Assembly: GCA_934141555.1 (NCBI GenBank)
Contig: CAKPCK010000001.1
Coordinates: forward strand, 67,163-131,162
Direction: 5' to 3'
Source: an uncultured Clostridia bacterium
Lineage (GTDB): Bacteria; Bacillota; Clostridia; TANB77; CAG-508
Length of the DNA stretch: 64,000 nucleotides
The position numbers were made by a program, and so were the translations under genes. The notes under the pieces are model-generated. The model ran no database searches. It was not told the DNA's origin and saw only the letters and a program-made list of their open reading frames with translations. Positions 33,591 to 42,874 of this stretch are shown here, in pieces (positions within the stretch are counted from its first letter, which is position 1; each line of letters begins with the position of its first letter).

Positions 33591-33918
33591 ATATATAATT
33601 TTATTAATATTAGCAGTTTTAGTAAGTTCAATATCTCAAATAATATTGAAAAAAAGTGCTTCTAAGACTTATAATTCAGTGATTAGAGAATATTTAAATA
33701 TATATGTTATAGTTGGTTATGGGTTAATGGTAATATCTACAGTTCTAGTTGTATTAGGATTGAAAGGAGTACCATATAAGAATGAGCCAATTATAGAATC
33801 ATTAGGATATATATTTGTAATGATTTTAAGTAATAGAATTTTAAAAGAAAAAATAACTAAAAAGAAAATAATTGGCAATTTATTAATTTTAATAGGAATT
33901 GTAATTTATTACATATAA
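33577..33918 (+). CDS. Small EamA/DMT-type membrane protein, subunit 2 (start GTG 33577 or ATG 33583)
   Basis: 113 aa, about 4 TM. Overlaps the preceding gene by 14 nt, suggesting translational coupling and a heterodimer. Confidence 0.65.
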   Translation: MKMSKYIILLILAVLVSSISQIILKKSASKTYNSVIREYLNIYVIVGYGLMVISTVLVVLGLKGVPYKNEPIIESLGYIFVMILSNRILKEKITKKKIIGNLLILIGIVIYYI

Positions 33919-33950
33919 ATAGAAAACTCGCATACAATTATAAAAAAAGT

Positions 33951-34673
33951 ATGGGAGTTTTATTTATGATTTTATTAAGAAAAAAAAGAATAACATTAAT
34001 TGTTTTAAGTGTATTTTTATCTATATTAGTATTTACATTAGTAAATGATAGAAAAGAGCTTGTGCCAACAGTATCTTTACCAATATCAGGAAAAACAATT
34101 GTAATAGATGCAGGACATGGAAAACCAGATGAGGGGGCACAGAGTAGTACAGGAACGACAGAAGCCGCAACAAATCTAAAAATTGCATTAAAATTACAGA
34201 ACTTATTAGAGCAGAGTGGAACAACAGTAATATTAACACGTTCAGATGAAAATGCAATATATGATATAGATGCTAAAACGTTAAAACAGAAAAAAATATC
34301 AGATATACATAATAGAGTAAAAATAGGAAATGAAAGTTCTGCTGATTTATTTGTATCAATACACTTAAACAAAATTCCCCAGCAACAATATGATGGTTGG
34401 CAAACATTTTATAAACAAGGAAGTGAAGAAGGAAAAAAACTAGCAGTATCAATTCAAAATAACTTAAATGAAGCAATTCAAAAGGAAAATAATAGAGTAG
34501 CTAAAACAATAGATAATATATATATTATAAAACATGTTGAAATACCGATAACAATTGTTGAATGTGGATTTTTATCAAATCCAACGGAAGAAAAGAAGCT
34601 TTTAGAAGATGAATATCAAAACAGATTAGCATGGGGAATATACAATGGAATAATCGATTATTTTTATGATTAA
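33951..34673 (+). CDS. cwlD: Germination-specific N-acetylmuramoyl-L-alanine amidase CwlD-like (alternative start ATG 33966)
   Basis: N-terminal TM. VIDAGHGKPDEGA, ADLFVSIHLN, and VECGFLSNPTEE amidase_3 motifs. Confidence 0.8.
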   Translation: MGVLFMILLRKKRITLIVLSVFLSILVFTLVNDRKELVPTVSLPISGKTIVIDAGHGKPDEGAQSSTGTTEAATNLKIALKLQNLLEQSGTTVILTRSDENAIYDIDAKTLKQKKISDIHNRVKIGNESSADLFVSIHLNKIPQQQYDGWQTFYKQGSEEGKKLAVSIQNNLNEAIQKENNRVAKTIDNIYIIKHVEIPITIVECGFLSNPTEEKKLLEDEYQNRLAWGIYNGIIDYFYD

Positions 34674-34699
34674 AGTCAATATTTTTATTGACTTTTTTC
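34672..34699 (+). terminator. Rho-independent terminator after cwlD
   Basis: AGTCAAT-attttt-ATTGACT followed by TTTTTT. Confidence 0.8.
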
Positions 34700-34786
34700 T
34701 AATTTGAGTGTATGATATAAGCATAATTTTAGGATAAATAAGTAAGCCAAAAAACTATAAAACAAAAAATCCTAAGGAGGAAAAAT

Positions 34787-35578
34787 ATGGGAGAAGTTAT
34801 AGTAATAACATCAGGAAAAGGTGGAGTAGGAAAAACAACAACAACAGCAAATTTAGGGTCAAGTTTAGCATTAGAAGGAAAAAAGGTAGCTTTAATAGAT
34901 ACAGATATTGGATTAAGAAACTTAGATGTAGTAATGGGTCTAGAAAATAGGATAGTATATGATATAGTAGATGTTGTTGAAGGAAAGTGTAAACTAAGAC
35001 AAGCATTAATAAAAGATAAAAGATTTAAAGAATTATATTTATTACCTGCTGCACAAACAAGAGATAAAAGTGCAGTAAATGAAGAACAAATGAGAGAATT
35101 GACAAATAAATTAAAAGAAGAATTTGACTATATACTTATTGATTGTCCTGCTGGAATAGAGCAAGGATTTAAGAATGCAATTGCTGGAGCTAATAGAGCA
35201 ATAGTAGTAACAACAGCTGAAATATCATCAATAAGAGATGCAGATAGAATAATAGGATTATTAGAAGCATCAGAAATAAAAAATCCAGAATTAGTAATCA
35301 ATAGAATAAGACCTAATATGGTAAGAAGAGGAGAAATGATGGATGTTGATGATATTGTAGATTTATTATCTATTGATTTAATAGGAGTTGTTCCAGATGA
35401 TGAATATATAATAACACAAACAAATAAGGGTGAGCCTGTAATTCAAAATAGAAAAGCACCATCAGGAAAAGCATATTTAGAAATAGCAAAAAGAGTTCTT
35501 GGAGAAGATATAGAAGTAACAATACCAGGAAGAGAAAAAGGATTTTTTGCAAAAATCAAGAGTATTTTTAAAAAATAA
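34787..35578 (+). CDS. minD: Septum site-determining ATPase MinD
   Basis: Deviant Walker A SGKGGVGKTTTTANLG and a C-terminal amphipathic helix GFFAKIKSIFKK. Confidence 0.95.
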   Translation: MGEVIVITSGKGGVGKTTTTANLGSSLALEGKKVALIDTDIGLRNLDVVMGLENRIVYDIVDVVEGKCKLRQALIKDKRFKELYLLPAAQTRDKSAVNEEQMRELTNKLKEEFDYILIDCPAGIEQGFKNAIAGANRAIVVTTAEISSIRDADRIIGLLEASEIKNPELVINRIRPNMVRRGEMMDVDDIVDLLSIDLIGVVPDDEYIITQTNKGEPVIQNRKAPSGKAYLEIAKRVLGEDIEVTIPGREKGFFAKIKSIFKK

Positions 35579-35599
35579 AACAATAAAGGAGAAAGGATA

Positions 35600-36115
35600 A
35601 TGTTTGAAAGCATAATGAAATTAGTTAGAAAAATAACAAAAAAAGAAGATCAAACATTAAAATCTAAAGATGCCGCAAAAGAAAGATTACATCTGGTATT
35701 AATGCAAGATAGAGCAAATGTATCAGCAGACTTTTTAGATTTGATGAAACAAGAAATAATAGACGTAATAAAAAAATATATAGATATAGATGAAAGTGCT
35801 ATAGATGTAAAGCTAACGAATAAAGACAATGGTGATGGAACAAATGGAGCACCAGCATTATATGCTAATATACCAATTCTAAATATAAAAGATGAAGTAA
35901 GACAAAATGCTAAGGTAGAAAAAAGTGAAGAAAGTAATATTGAAAAAGGTACTGAAAATAAACCAAAAGTAGAGCAACCCAAAGAGAAAAAAGAAGAAAT
36001 AACAGTTATTGAAGAAAATGCAGATGAACATAGCGAAAAGGATGAAAGCCCTACAAATAAACAGACAGAAGGTAAAAAAAGCAAAAAAAATAAAACTATA
36101 AAAAATAAAGAGTGA
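35600..36115 (+). CDS. minE: Cell division topological specificity factor MinE with a roughly 85-aa K/E-rich C-terminal extension
   Basis: SKDAAKERLHLVLMQDRANVSADFLDLMKQEIIDVIKKYIDIDESAIDVKL core; 171 aa in total. Confidence 0.85.
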   Translation: MFESIMKLVRKITKKEDQTLKSKDAAKERLHLVLMQDRANVSADFLDLMKQEIIDVIKKYIDIDESAIDVKLTNKDNGDGTNGAPALYANIPILNIKDEVRQNAKVEKSEESNIEKGTENKPKVEQPKEKKEEITVIEENADEHSEKDESPTNKQTEGKKSKKNKTIKNKE

Positions 36116-36116
36116 T

Positions 36117-37235
36117 TTGATGGATATAAGAAAATTAAGAAAAATAGAATGGTTAATACCATTGTTTGCAATAGTATTATGTGTAATAGGATTAATTGCT
36201 TTATATTCTGCATCATATGATACAAATTTAGAAGAATTTAAAAAACAAGCAGTTTGGATTGGCGTAAGTTTAATACTTATGCTAATTGTTATGTTAATTG
36301 ACTATAAATTTTTAGTAAAAATATCGCCAATATTTTATGGGATTTCAATAATAATGCTTATAGCAGTATTATTTACGAAGCCTATAAATGGAGCAAAAAG
36401 TTGGTTTGTAATAGGAGATGATTTATTTTCATTTCAACCAGCAGAAATATCAAAAATATTTATAATTTTATTTGTTTCATATGTTATATCATTTATTCAA
36501 ATTAGACATGGAAGAGATGAAATAAATAAAATATCAAAACTATTATTAATATTACTAACAATAGCAATACCTTTAGGACTTATAATTATAGAGCCAGATT
36601 ATGGAACTGCAGCAGCATATATAGTAGCATTTCTATTAATGATATTTGTAGCGGGAATTGATAAAAAATATATTATAGCATCAATTTTAATAGTAGCAAT
36701 TGCAATGCCTGTAACATATAACTTTCTTTTACCTAAACATGCCAAAGATAGAATTGACACGTTTTTAAATCCAGAATCAGATCCAGCTGGTGCAGGATAT
36801 AATGTTTTACAATCAAAATTAGCAATAGGTTCAGGACAAATAACAGGAATGGGAGTATTAAAAGGAAATCAAACACAACTAGGATATTTATATCCTAAGA
36901 CTACAGATTTTATTTTTGCAGTAATTGGTGAAGAAATGGGATTTGTAATTGCATGTTCTGTTATATTATTAAATATAATGATTATTGTAAAGGCGGTACA
37001 AATTGCCAAAGGGATAAAAGATGAAGCAGGAGCATATGTTGCAATAGGAATTGCTGGGATATTTTTATTTCACACATTAGAAAATATAGGAATGACAATG
37101 GGATTATTACCTATAACAGGTGTACCGCTATTATTTGTAAGTTATGGCGGAAGTTCTATGATGACAAGTTTTATAGCAATTGGAATTTTATTAAATATTA
37201 GTAGTCAAAGAAGAAATGGATTATTTAATAAATAG
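36117..37235 (+). CDS. rodA: SEDS-family peptidoglycan glycosyltransferase (RodA-like; FtsW/RodA/SpoVE family)
   Basis: About 10 TM. QPAEISKIFIILF, GAGYNVLQSKLAIGSGQITGMG, TDFIFAVIGEEMGF, and PLLFVSYGGSSM motifs. Follows minDE. Confidence 0.85.
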   Translation: MMDIRKLRKIEWLIPLFAIVLCVIGLIALYSASYDTNLEEFKKQAVWIGVSLILMLIVMLIDYKFLVKISPIFYGISIIMLIAVLFTKPINGAKSWFVIGDDLFSFQPAEISKIFIILFVSYVISFIQIRHGRDEINKISKLLLILLTIAIPLGLIIIEPDYGTAAAYIVAFLLMIFVAGIDKKYIIASILIVAIAMPVTYNFLLPKHAKDRIDTFLNPESDPAGAGYNVLQSKLAIGSGQITGMGVLKGNQTQLGYLYPKTTDFIFAVIGEEMGFVIACSVILLNIMIIVKAVQIAKGIKDEAGAYVAIGIAGIFLFHTLENIGMTMGLLPITGVPLLFVSYGGSSMMTSFIAIGILLNISSQRRNGLFNK

Positions 37236-37241
37236 GAGTAA

Positions 37242-38228
37242 ATGATGTATTTAAAAAAATTAAAAATTGGAAATTTAGAATTAGAAAATAATTTAATATT
37301 AGCTCCAATGGCAGGTGTAACAGACCTGCCTTTTAGAATAATTATAGAAAAATTTAATCCAGGATTAGTATGTACAGAAATGGTAAGTTCAAAAGCATTA
37401 TATTTTGGAGATGAAAAAACAAGACAATTATTAAAAAGAGATGGAGAAAATGTTCCTGTAAGTATGCAAATATTTGGAAGTGATCCTGAAACAATGGGAT
37501 ATGCAGCACAATATGTAAGTAAAATAGCAGATATAGTAGATATAAATATGGGATGTCCAGCACCTAAAGTTGTAAAAAATGGTGATGGAAGTAAATTATT
37601 ATTAGATTTAAATAAAGCAGAAGAAATAATAAAATCTGTTGTAAAAAATTCAACAAAACCAGTGGCTTTAAAATTTAGAAAAGGGTGGAATAATGAAAAT
37701 ATTGTTGCCTGTGAATTGGCTAAAATTGCAGAAAAATGTGGTGTTTCAGCAATAACAATTCATGGAAGAACAAGAGAAGAGTACTATTCAGGAAAAGCTG
37801 ATTTAGATATTATAAAAAAAGTTAAAGAATCTGTGAAAATACCTGTAATAGGAAATGGAGATATAATTGACGAAGAATCTGCAAAGAAAATGTTTGAATA
37901 TACTGGAGTTGACGGAATAATGATTGGAAGAGGAGCAATTGGAAATCCATGGATATTTGAACAGTTAGAATATTTTTTTGAAAATAATGAAAAAATGCCA
38001 AGACCAACTAATAAAGAAAAATATGAAATTATAAAACAGCATTTAGAATTGAATATAAAAGAAAAAGGAAATGTAGTTGGGATTAATGAAATGAGAAAAC
38101 ACATATCTGCATATACTAAGAACATGCCAGAAGCATCAAAGTTCAGAGATGAAATAAATCATATAACAGATGAAAATATTCTTATGTCAAAAATTCAAGA
38201 ATTTTTTATTGATATTTTCAATAAATAA
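37242..38228 (+). CDS. dusB: tRNA-dihydrouridine synthase
   Basis: LAPMAGVTDLPFR, DINMGCP, ITIHGRTR, and IGNGDI motifs. Confidence 0.9.
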   Translation: MMYLKKLKIGNLELENNLILAPMAGVTDLPFRIIIEKFNPGLVCTEMVSSKALYFGDEKTRQLLKRDGENVPVSMQIFGSDPETMGYAAQYVSKIADIVDINMGCPAPKVVKNGDGSKLLLDLNKAEEIIKSVVKNSTKPVALKFRKGWNNENIVACELAKIAEKCGVSAITIHGRTREEYYSGKADLDIIKKVKESVKIPVIGNGDIIDEESAKKMFEYTGVDGIMIGRGAIGNPWIFEQLEYFFENNEKMPRPTNKEKYEIIKQHLELNIKEKGNVVGINEMRKHISAYTKNMPEASKFRDEINHITDENILMSKIQEFFIDIFNK

Positions 38229-38270
38229 TAGTAAAATAAATATGAAAAAAAGAGAAAGGAAAATCTAGTT

Positions 38271-40568
38271 TTGGAAAAGAAGAAAATAGCACAAAAAATA
38301 TCAGAAAAATTAGAATATATATGTTTAGATTTAGAACAAATACCAGAAACACTAAAATATGTTGAAAATATAAATTTTAAGCCAAATACAGGAATTGAAG
38401 AAAATAAATATAGACAATATAGATTTGTTTCTCCAAAAGAATTAGATATATTATTATCACCTTGCAATAGATTAGAAGATACTAAGACAAAATATTCTAA
38501 AGCAAAACCATTAGTTTCATATTTAGACCCAAAAACAGATGAAGAGAAAAAATTTCATGAAAAATTTTTAAAAATGTTAGAAGAAGTTGACATTGACGAG
38601 ATAAAAAAGATAGAAGAACAGCAACAAATAATAAATAAAAAAATACCATTTAAAGTAAGATATCCAAAAAATTATTTGTGGCAAATATATTATTCAGAAA
38701 ATGATGATAAATATTTTATGATTGTAACTACGGAAGATCAAGATTATTCAACATTTTTCTACGTTTTGAAAAAACAATTAGAAAAAAAGAAAGCTGGAAA
38801 AATATTTGTTCCTATAAGTAATATAGATTATTCAAAAGAAATATTAAACAAAACAGAAATAGAAAGTTTAGAAAATTATTTATGGACATTTACAAATGAT
38901 TGGCCATCAATATATGAAGTATATGATAAAACAGGAAAAATTTCATTACAAATAGTTGGACAAACACAAGTATTAGGTTCAATAAAGTCTGAATATAAAG
39001 TAAAATTAGCGAATAAAATAGATGCAAGTAAATTTTTTAAATTAGTAAAAGCATTATATATATTACAAACTGAGATTCCAGAATATTATAAATTTGAAGT
39101 TCAAATAGATAAACAAGGAGAAATTGAATTTCAATATAAAGACGAAATATTAAAATATGATGAATTATCAGATTTTGTTAATGAACAATATAAAAGACTA
39201 ATGAAAGAAGAAGAAGAAAATATAAAAAATAATATTGAATATAAGCAAAAACTAAGTTTATTAAAAATAGAAACAGAAAAATTAGAGGCTGAATATATAG
39301 AAAAAGAAAAACAAATTTCAACATTTTTAGAATGTAAAAAAACATTTTTTGGTAAAGTAAAATATTTCTTTAAATATAGTGGAAAAAAGAAAAAAAGAGA
39401 TGATAAAAAAGAAATAGAAGTACCAAAAGATGATATATTGGAAAAAACGAACTGCATAGATGAAGAAGAAAAATTAAAAAGGCAATATACATTAGATGAT
39501 TTATTAGAAAAAGGAAAAATGGCAGCAAGTAAGGAAAAAGAATTCAATAATACAAAAATGGATATAAATGCTATGAAGTTAAAGAAAGTTAATTTAACAA
39601 AAAAGATAGAAAATGCATCAGCATTTATAGAAGAAATAGATAGTCATAAAAGAAGTATATTTGAATTTTGGAAATATAGTAATAAAGATGAAGTGAAATC
39701 ATTAGCTGAAGGAGAAGAAGAAATTGTTAATGTAAGACCACATGCAAAAACATTTAATTTTGAGGAAGATTTTGAGGATTTTGGATCAACTATAGACCAA
39801 ATGCAAAGAAAAAAACTTAATAAAGAAGAATTAGATGCTATATATATTGCATCTACAGATCAGATAGAACCATTAAATAAGATAAAAACTAATTCTTTAG
39901 AACCAAAGGAACTTGATAAATATTTGAAAACTTTAAAAGCTGAACAAAAAGAATTAAATGGTAAATTAGATGATGAAATTGATATTTTTGGAGGATTAGA
40001 AGAAGATACAAGAAAAATAAAAAAGTTGGCTAATAGATCTCACAGAGAAAATCCAAAAAATAAATTCTTAATATTAGGTTTAGCTAAGCAATATAAAGTT
40101 GTTGATTATAAAGTAAATCTTAGTCAATCAATTTGGAGAATAAATGAGGCATTAAGTAAAATGACAACTAGCCAAGATATTATAGCATATATGTGGACTG
40201 AAGATGATGAAACTATTGATGCAAATAAGATAAATGTATTTAATCTAAATGCAGAAGATGAAGTAAAAAATGCAATGGAAAAATCAGAAAACAACAAAAT
40301 AAATTTATACAAAATAAAATTAGAAAAAGGTTCAAATGCTATAGCATTTTCTAATTGTGTATATTATGATAATCAAAATAAAACATTACCAATAGGAATG
40401 GACAATGATACTAGAATTATAGCCAAATTAAGTGATACTGATATAAAATTAGAGTCAAAAAAGGTTATAAGAATAGGAAAATTAGATGATGATGAAATTG
40501 GAGCAAAATTAATAATTAAAAATATTAATGTTTTAGAATATTCAGTTAAGCAAATGGAGGAAGAATAA
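38271..40568 (+). CDS. Large (765 aa) soluble protein of unknown function with a central coiled-coil region (TTG start)
   Basis: Long uninterrupted ORF with host-like composition. No TM, no P-loop and no catalytic motif that I recognise. Its stop overlaps the era start (TAATG). Confidence 0.8.
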   Translation: MEKKKIAQKISEKLEYICLDLEQIPETLKYVENINFKPNTGIEENKYRQYRFVSPKELDILLSPCNRLEDTKTKYSKAKPLVSYLDPKTDEEKKFHEKFLKMLEEVDIDEIKKIEEQQQIINKKIPFKVRYPKNYLWQIYYSENDDKYFMIVTTEDQDYSTFFYVLKKQLEKKKAGKIFVPISNIDYSKEILNKTEIESLENYLWTFTNDWPSIYEVYDKTGKISLQIVGQTQVLGSIKSEYKVKLANKIDASKFFKLVKALYILQTEIPEYYKFEVQIDKQGEIEFQYKDEILKYDELSDFVNEQYKRLMKEEEENIKNNIEYKQKLSLLKIETEKLEAEYIEKEKQISTFLECKKTFFGKVKYFFKYSGKKKKRDDKKEIEVPKDDILEKTNCIDEEEKLKRQYTLDDLLEKGKMAASKEKEFNNTKMDINAMKLKKVNLTKKIENASAFIEEIDSHKRSIFEFWKYSNKDEVKSLAEGEEEIVNVRPHAKTFNFEEDFEDFGSTIDQMQRKKLNKEELDAIYIASTDQIEPLNKIKTNSLEPKELDKYLKTLKAEQKELNGKLDDEIDIFGGLEEDTRKIKKLANRSHRENPKNKFLILGLAKQYKVVDYKVNLSQSIWRINEALSKMTTSQDIIAYMWTEDDETIDANKINVFNLNAEDEVKNAMEKSENNKINLYKIKLEKGSNAIAFSNCVYYDNQNKTLPIGMDNDTRIIAKLSDTDIKLESKKVIRIGKLDDDEIGAKLIIKNINVLEYSVKQMEEE

Positions 40569-41470
40569 TGGCAGAATTTAAATCAGGATTTGTAGCAATG
40601 TTAGGTAGGACAAATGTTGGAAAATCAACTTTAGTAAATCTTCTAGTTGGAGAAAAAGTGGCTGCAACAGCAAATAAAGTTCAAACAACAAGGACAGCTA
40701 TTAGAGGAATTGTAAATAGAAACAATTCACAAATTATATTTATAGATACCCCAGGAATTCATAAACCAAAAACAAAATTAAATGAAACAATGATTGAAAC
40801 ATCTTTTGGAGTAATAAAAGATATTGATTTGATATTATTTGTTATAGAAGCTACAAGTGATGAAATTGGTAGAGGCGATATGCGAATCTTAGAGAAAATA
40901 AAAGAATCTAATAAAAAAGCAATATTAATAATTAATAAAATTGATTTAGTAAAAAAAGAAAGTTTATTAAAATTAATCGATTTATATCAAAAAGAATATA
41001 ATTTTGAAGCAGTAATACCAGTTTCTTCAATAAAATCTAAATATAGAGATATTATATTAGATGAAATAGAAAAAGTCTTAAAACCAGGTCCTGCATATTA
41101 TGATACAGAAGAATATACAGATCAAACAATGAGACAACTTGCTGAAGAAACAATAAGAGAAAAAGCATTAATGTATTTACAAGATGAAGTACCACATGGA
41201 ATATATGTTGAAGTCACAAAGATGAAATTAAAGAAAACTAAAAATAAAGAAGAATTTTATGACATTGAAGCTACAATATATTGTTTAAGAGAATCACATA
41301 AAGGAATAATAATTGGAAAAGATGGAGCAATGCTAAAAAGAATTGGACAATCTGCAAGAATAGACATGGAAAAGAATTTTGGAATAAAAGTTAATTTAAG
41401 AACATGGGTGAAAGTCAAAGAAAATTGGCTTGATGATACATCAGTTGTAAAAAAATTTAAGTTACAATAA
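40568..41470 (+). CDS. era: GTPase Era
   Basis: G1 GRTNVGKST, G3 DTPG, G4 NKID, and a C-terminal KH domain. Confidence 0.95.
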   Translation: MAEFKSGFVAMLGRTNVGKSTLVNLLVGEKVAATANKVQTTRTAIRGIVNRNNSQIIFIDTPGIHKPKTKLNETMIETSFGVIKDIDLILFVIEATSDEIGRGDMRILEKIKESNKKAILIINKIDLVKKESLLKLIDLYQKEYNFEAVIPVSSIKSKYRDIILDEIEKVLKPGPAYYDTEEYTDQTMRQLAEETIREKALMYLQDEVPHGIYVEVTKMKLKKTKNKEEFYDIEATIYCLRESHKGIIIGKDGAMLKRIGQSARIDMEKNFGIKVNLRTWVKVKENWLDDTSVVKKFKLQ

Positions 41471-41532
41471 TAATCACCATTATGAATAAAAAATAATAAA
41501 ATGCAAAAGATAATGTTAAAGGAAGTGAGCTT

Positions 41533-41700
41533 ATGATTAAAAAAATTGCATGGGACACATTTAAAAATACAGGAGATGTTAATACATTTTTAGAATTAAA
41601 GCAATTTCAAGGAATAGAAGAACAATTGCAAAATAATAAGATGGAACAAAAGGCGGAAAAATATGGGGACAATAAAAACAAGTGGGATAATAATTTCTGA
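41533..41700 (+). CDS. yqzL: YqzL-family small protein (55 aa; not in the ORF track)
   Basis: MIKKIAWDTFKNTGDVNTFLELKQF... resembles YqzL and lies between era and recO as in Bacillus. RBS AAAGGAAG. Overlaps the recO start by 38 nt. Confidence 0.6.
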   Translation: MIKKIAWDTFKNTGDVNTFLELKQFQGIEEQLQNNKMEQKAEKYGDNKNKWDNNF

Positions 41701-42370
41701 AAGCAATTTGGGAGATTATGACAAAATGCTTACAATGTTAACTCCAGGATTAGGAAAAATATCATGTGTTGCCAAAGGAGCAAGGCGTCCAAGAAGCGCC
41801 TTGCTAGCAGGTACACAATTATTTTGTTTTGGAGAATACATGATGTATAAAGGTGCAAATACATATAATATAAATTCTTGTGATACAATTGAAGTTTTTT
41901 ATAATTTAAGAACAGATTTAGATAAACTTAATTCTGCAATTGAAATTACTAAAATTGTAAGAGATGTAACAGATGAAAATGAAAATTGTTATAAAATATT
42001 GCAAATGTTATTAAACACATTATATACATTATCAGAAACAGATAAAGATATAGACTTAGTAATAAGTACATTTAAATTAAAATTATTATGCTTTCTTGGT
42101 TTTACACCAAGAATTACAGAATGTGTAAATTGTAAAGAAAAAAACAACTTGAAATATTTTAGTATAAAAAATGAAGGGTTTAAATGTGAAAATTGTGGTA
42201 AATTAGATAAAGGAGCAATTTCAATTTCAGAAAGTACAATATCAGCAATTAGATATATAGTTATGGCTCCTGCTAAAAAGTTATTTTCATTTTCTTTAAA
42301 AGATGAATCATTAAAAGAGTTAAAACTTATTTCAAAATTATATTTTGATGAAAAATTAGAAAGATATTAA
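41663..42370 (+). CDS. recO: DNA repair protein RecO
   Basis: 235 aa. OB-fold N-terminus and a CxxC...CxxC zinc motif (CVNC...CENC). Lies downstream of era. Confidence 0.9.
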   Translation: MGTIKTSGIIISESNLGDYDKMLTMLTPGLGKISCVAKGARRPRSALLAGTQLFCFGEYMMYKGANTYNINSCDTIEVFYNLRTDLDKLNSAIEITKIVRDVTDENENCYKILQMLLNTLYTLSETDKDIDLVISTFKLKLLCFLGFTPRITECVNCKEKNNLKYFSIKNEGFKCENCGKLDKGAISISESTISAIRYIVMAPAKKLFSFSLKDESLKELKLISKLYFDEKLERY

Positions 42371-42375
42371 AAGAT

Positions 42376-42415
42376 AAAAAAGTGCCCGCGGATGTATAAA
42401 ACATCCGCGGGTTTT
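42376..42415. terminator. GC-rich bidirectional terminator shared by recO and the convergent orphan
   Basis: CCCGCGGATGT-ataaa-ACATCCGCGGG 11-bp stem, with an A-run 5' and TTTT 3'. Confidence 0.85.
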
Positions 42416-42445
42416 GAGATTTAGTTTGTGATTACATGAAAGCAA

Positions 42446-42757
42446 TCAGATAACTGCGGGACCAACGGTCACCAATTCAGGGTGACGTTCCTTCAAGATC
42501 ATTGCCTGAGCAACATCATGGCAGAACTTGTCGAACAGCTGGCCATTCAGGTTGGCATAATAGTTAGCACCTGCAGGCTTTGCCGACGGCATCTTTTTCA
42601 GTTCTTCACTGATAGATGCAGAAACCTTCTGGTGAGAAGGCTCGCGATTCGACCAGTACAGATCAAACTCGGCCTGAGTTGCTCTGCGATCCGTAAAGGA
42701 GATTTCACGGGCTGAGTACGTAGAATAGTACTCACTGTTATCATCATACAAACTCAT
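42446..42757 (-). CDS. Orphan hypothetical protein, 103 aa, about 50 % GC (compositionally foreign)
   Basis: The ATG at 42757 is preceded by GGAGGG at 8 nt. The TTG at 42802 in the ORF track abuts its putative RBS and is unlikely. I counted 120 G+C in nt 42481-42720 (50 %). Confidence 0.65.
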   Translation of the reverse strand: MSLYDDNSEYYSTYSAREISFTDRRATQAEFDLYWSNREPSHQKVSASISEELKKMPSAKPAGANYYANLNGQLFDKFCHDVAQAMILKERHPELVTVGPAVI

Positions 42758-42798
42758 ATTAGTAGCCCTCCATTGGCTCTCAAAAATATTACCGACAG

Positions 42799-42874
42799 GC
42801 AATCACCTATCTTTTTATATTATACTGCAAATATATGGAAAAGTCAATTTGAATTATGTAAATTGGTGATTGAC
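42799..42874. repeat. Inverted repeat GGCAATCACC ... GGTGATTGAC bracketing the orphan promoter
   Basis: 42799-42808 and 42865-42874 are complementary at 9 of 10 positions. The right arm overlaps the -35 of the + strand glycosyltransferase promoter. Confidence 0.5.
42819..42847 (-). promoter_or_regulatory. Promoter of the 50 %-GC orphan
   Basis: The minus strand reads TTGACT-17 nt-TATAAT. Confidence 0.55.

Noticed and set aside
35650-36225. 191-aa minus-strand ORF across the minE tail and rodA start
   Set aside because: It is antisense to the K/E-rich MinE extension, giving an F/L/S-rich translation. It has no RBS and would break the min-rodA operon.
42482-42715. 77-aa + strand ORF inside the 50 %-GC island
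   Set aside because: It is antisense to the better-supported minus-strand gene, which has a promoter, RBS and terminator in the correct orientation. The + ORF has no RBS and would start just after the recO terminator.
42758-42802. N-terminal extension of the orphan (TTG start at 42802, 118-aa version in the ORF track)
   Set aside because: The only purine-rich motif (AGGTGA) abuts the TTG with no spacer. The internal ATG at 42757 has GGAGGG at an ideal 8-nt distance.
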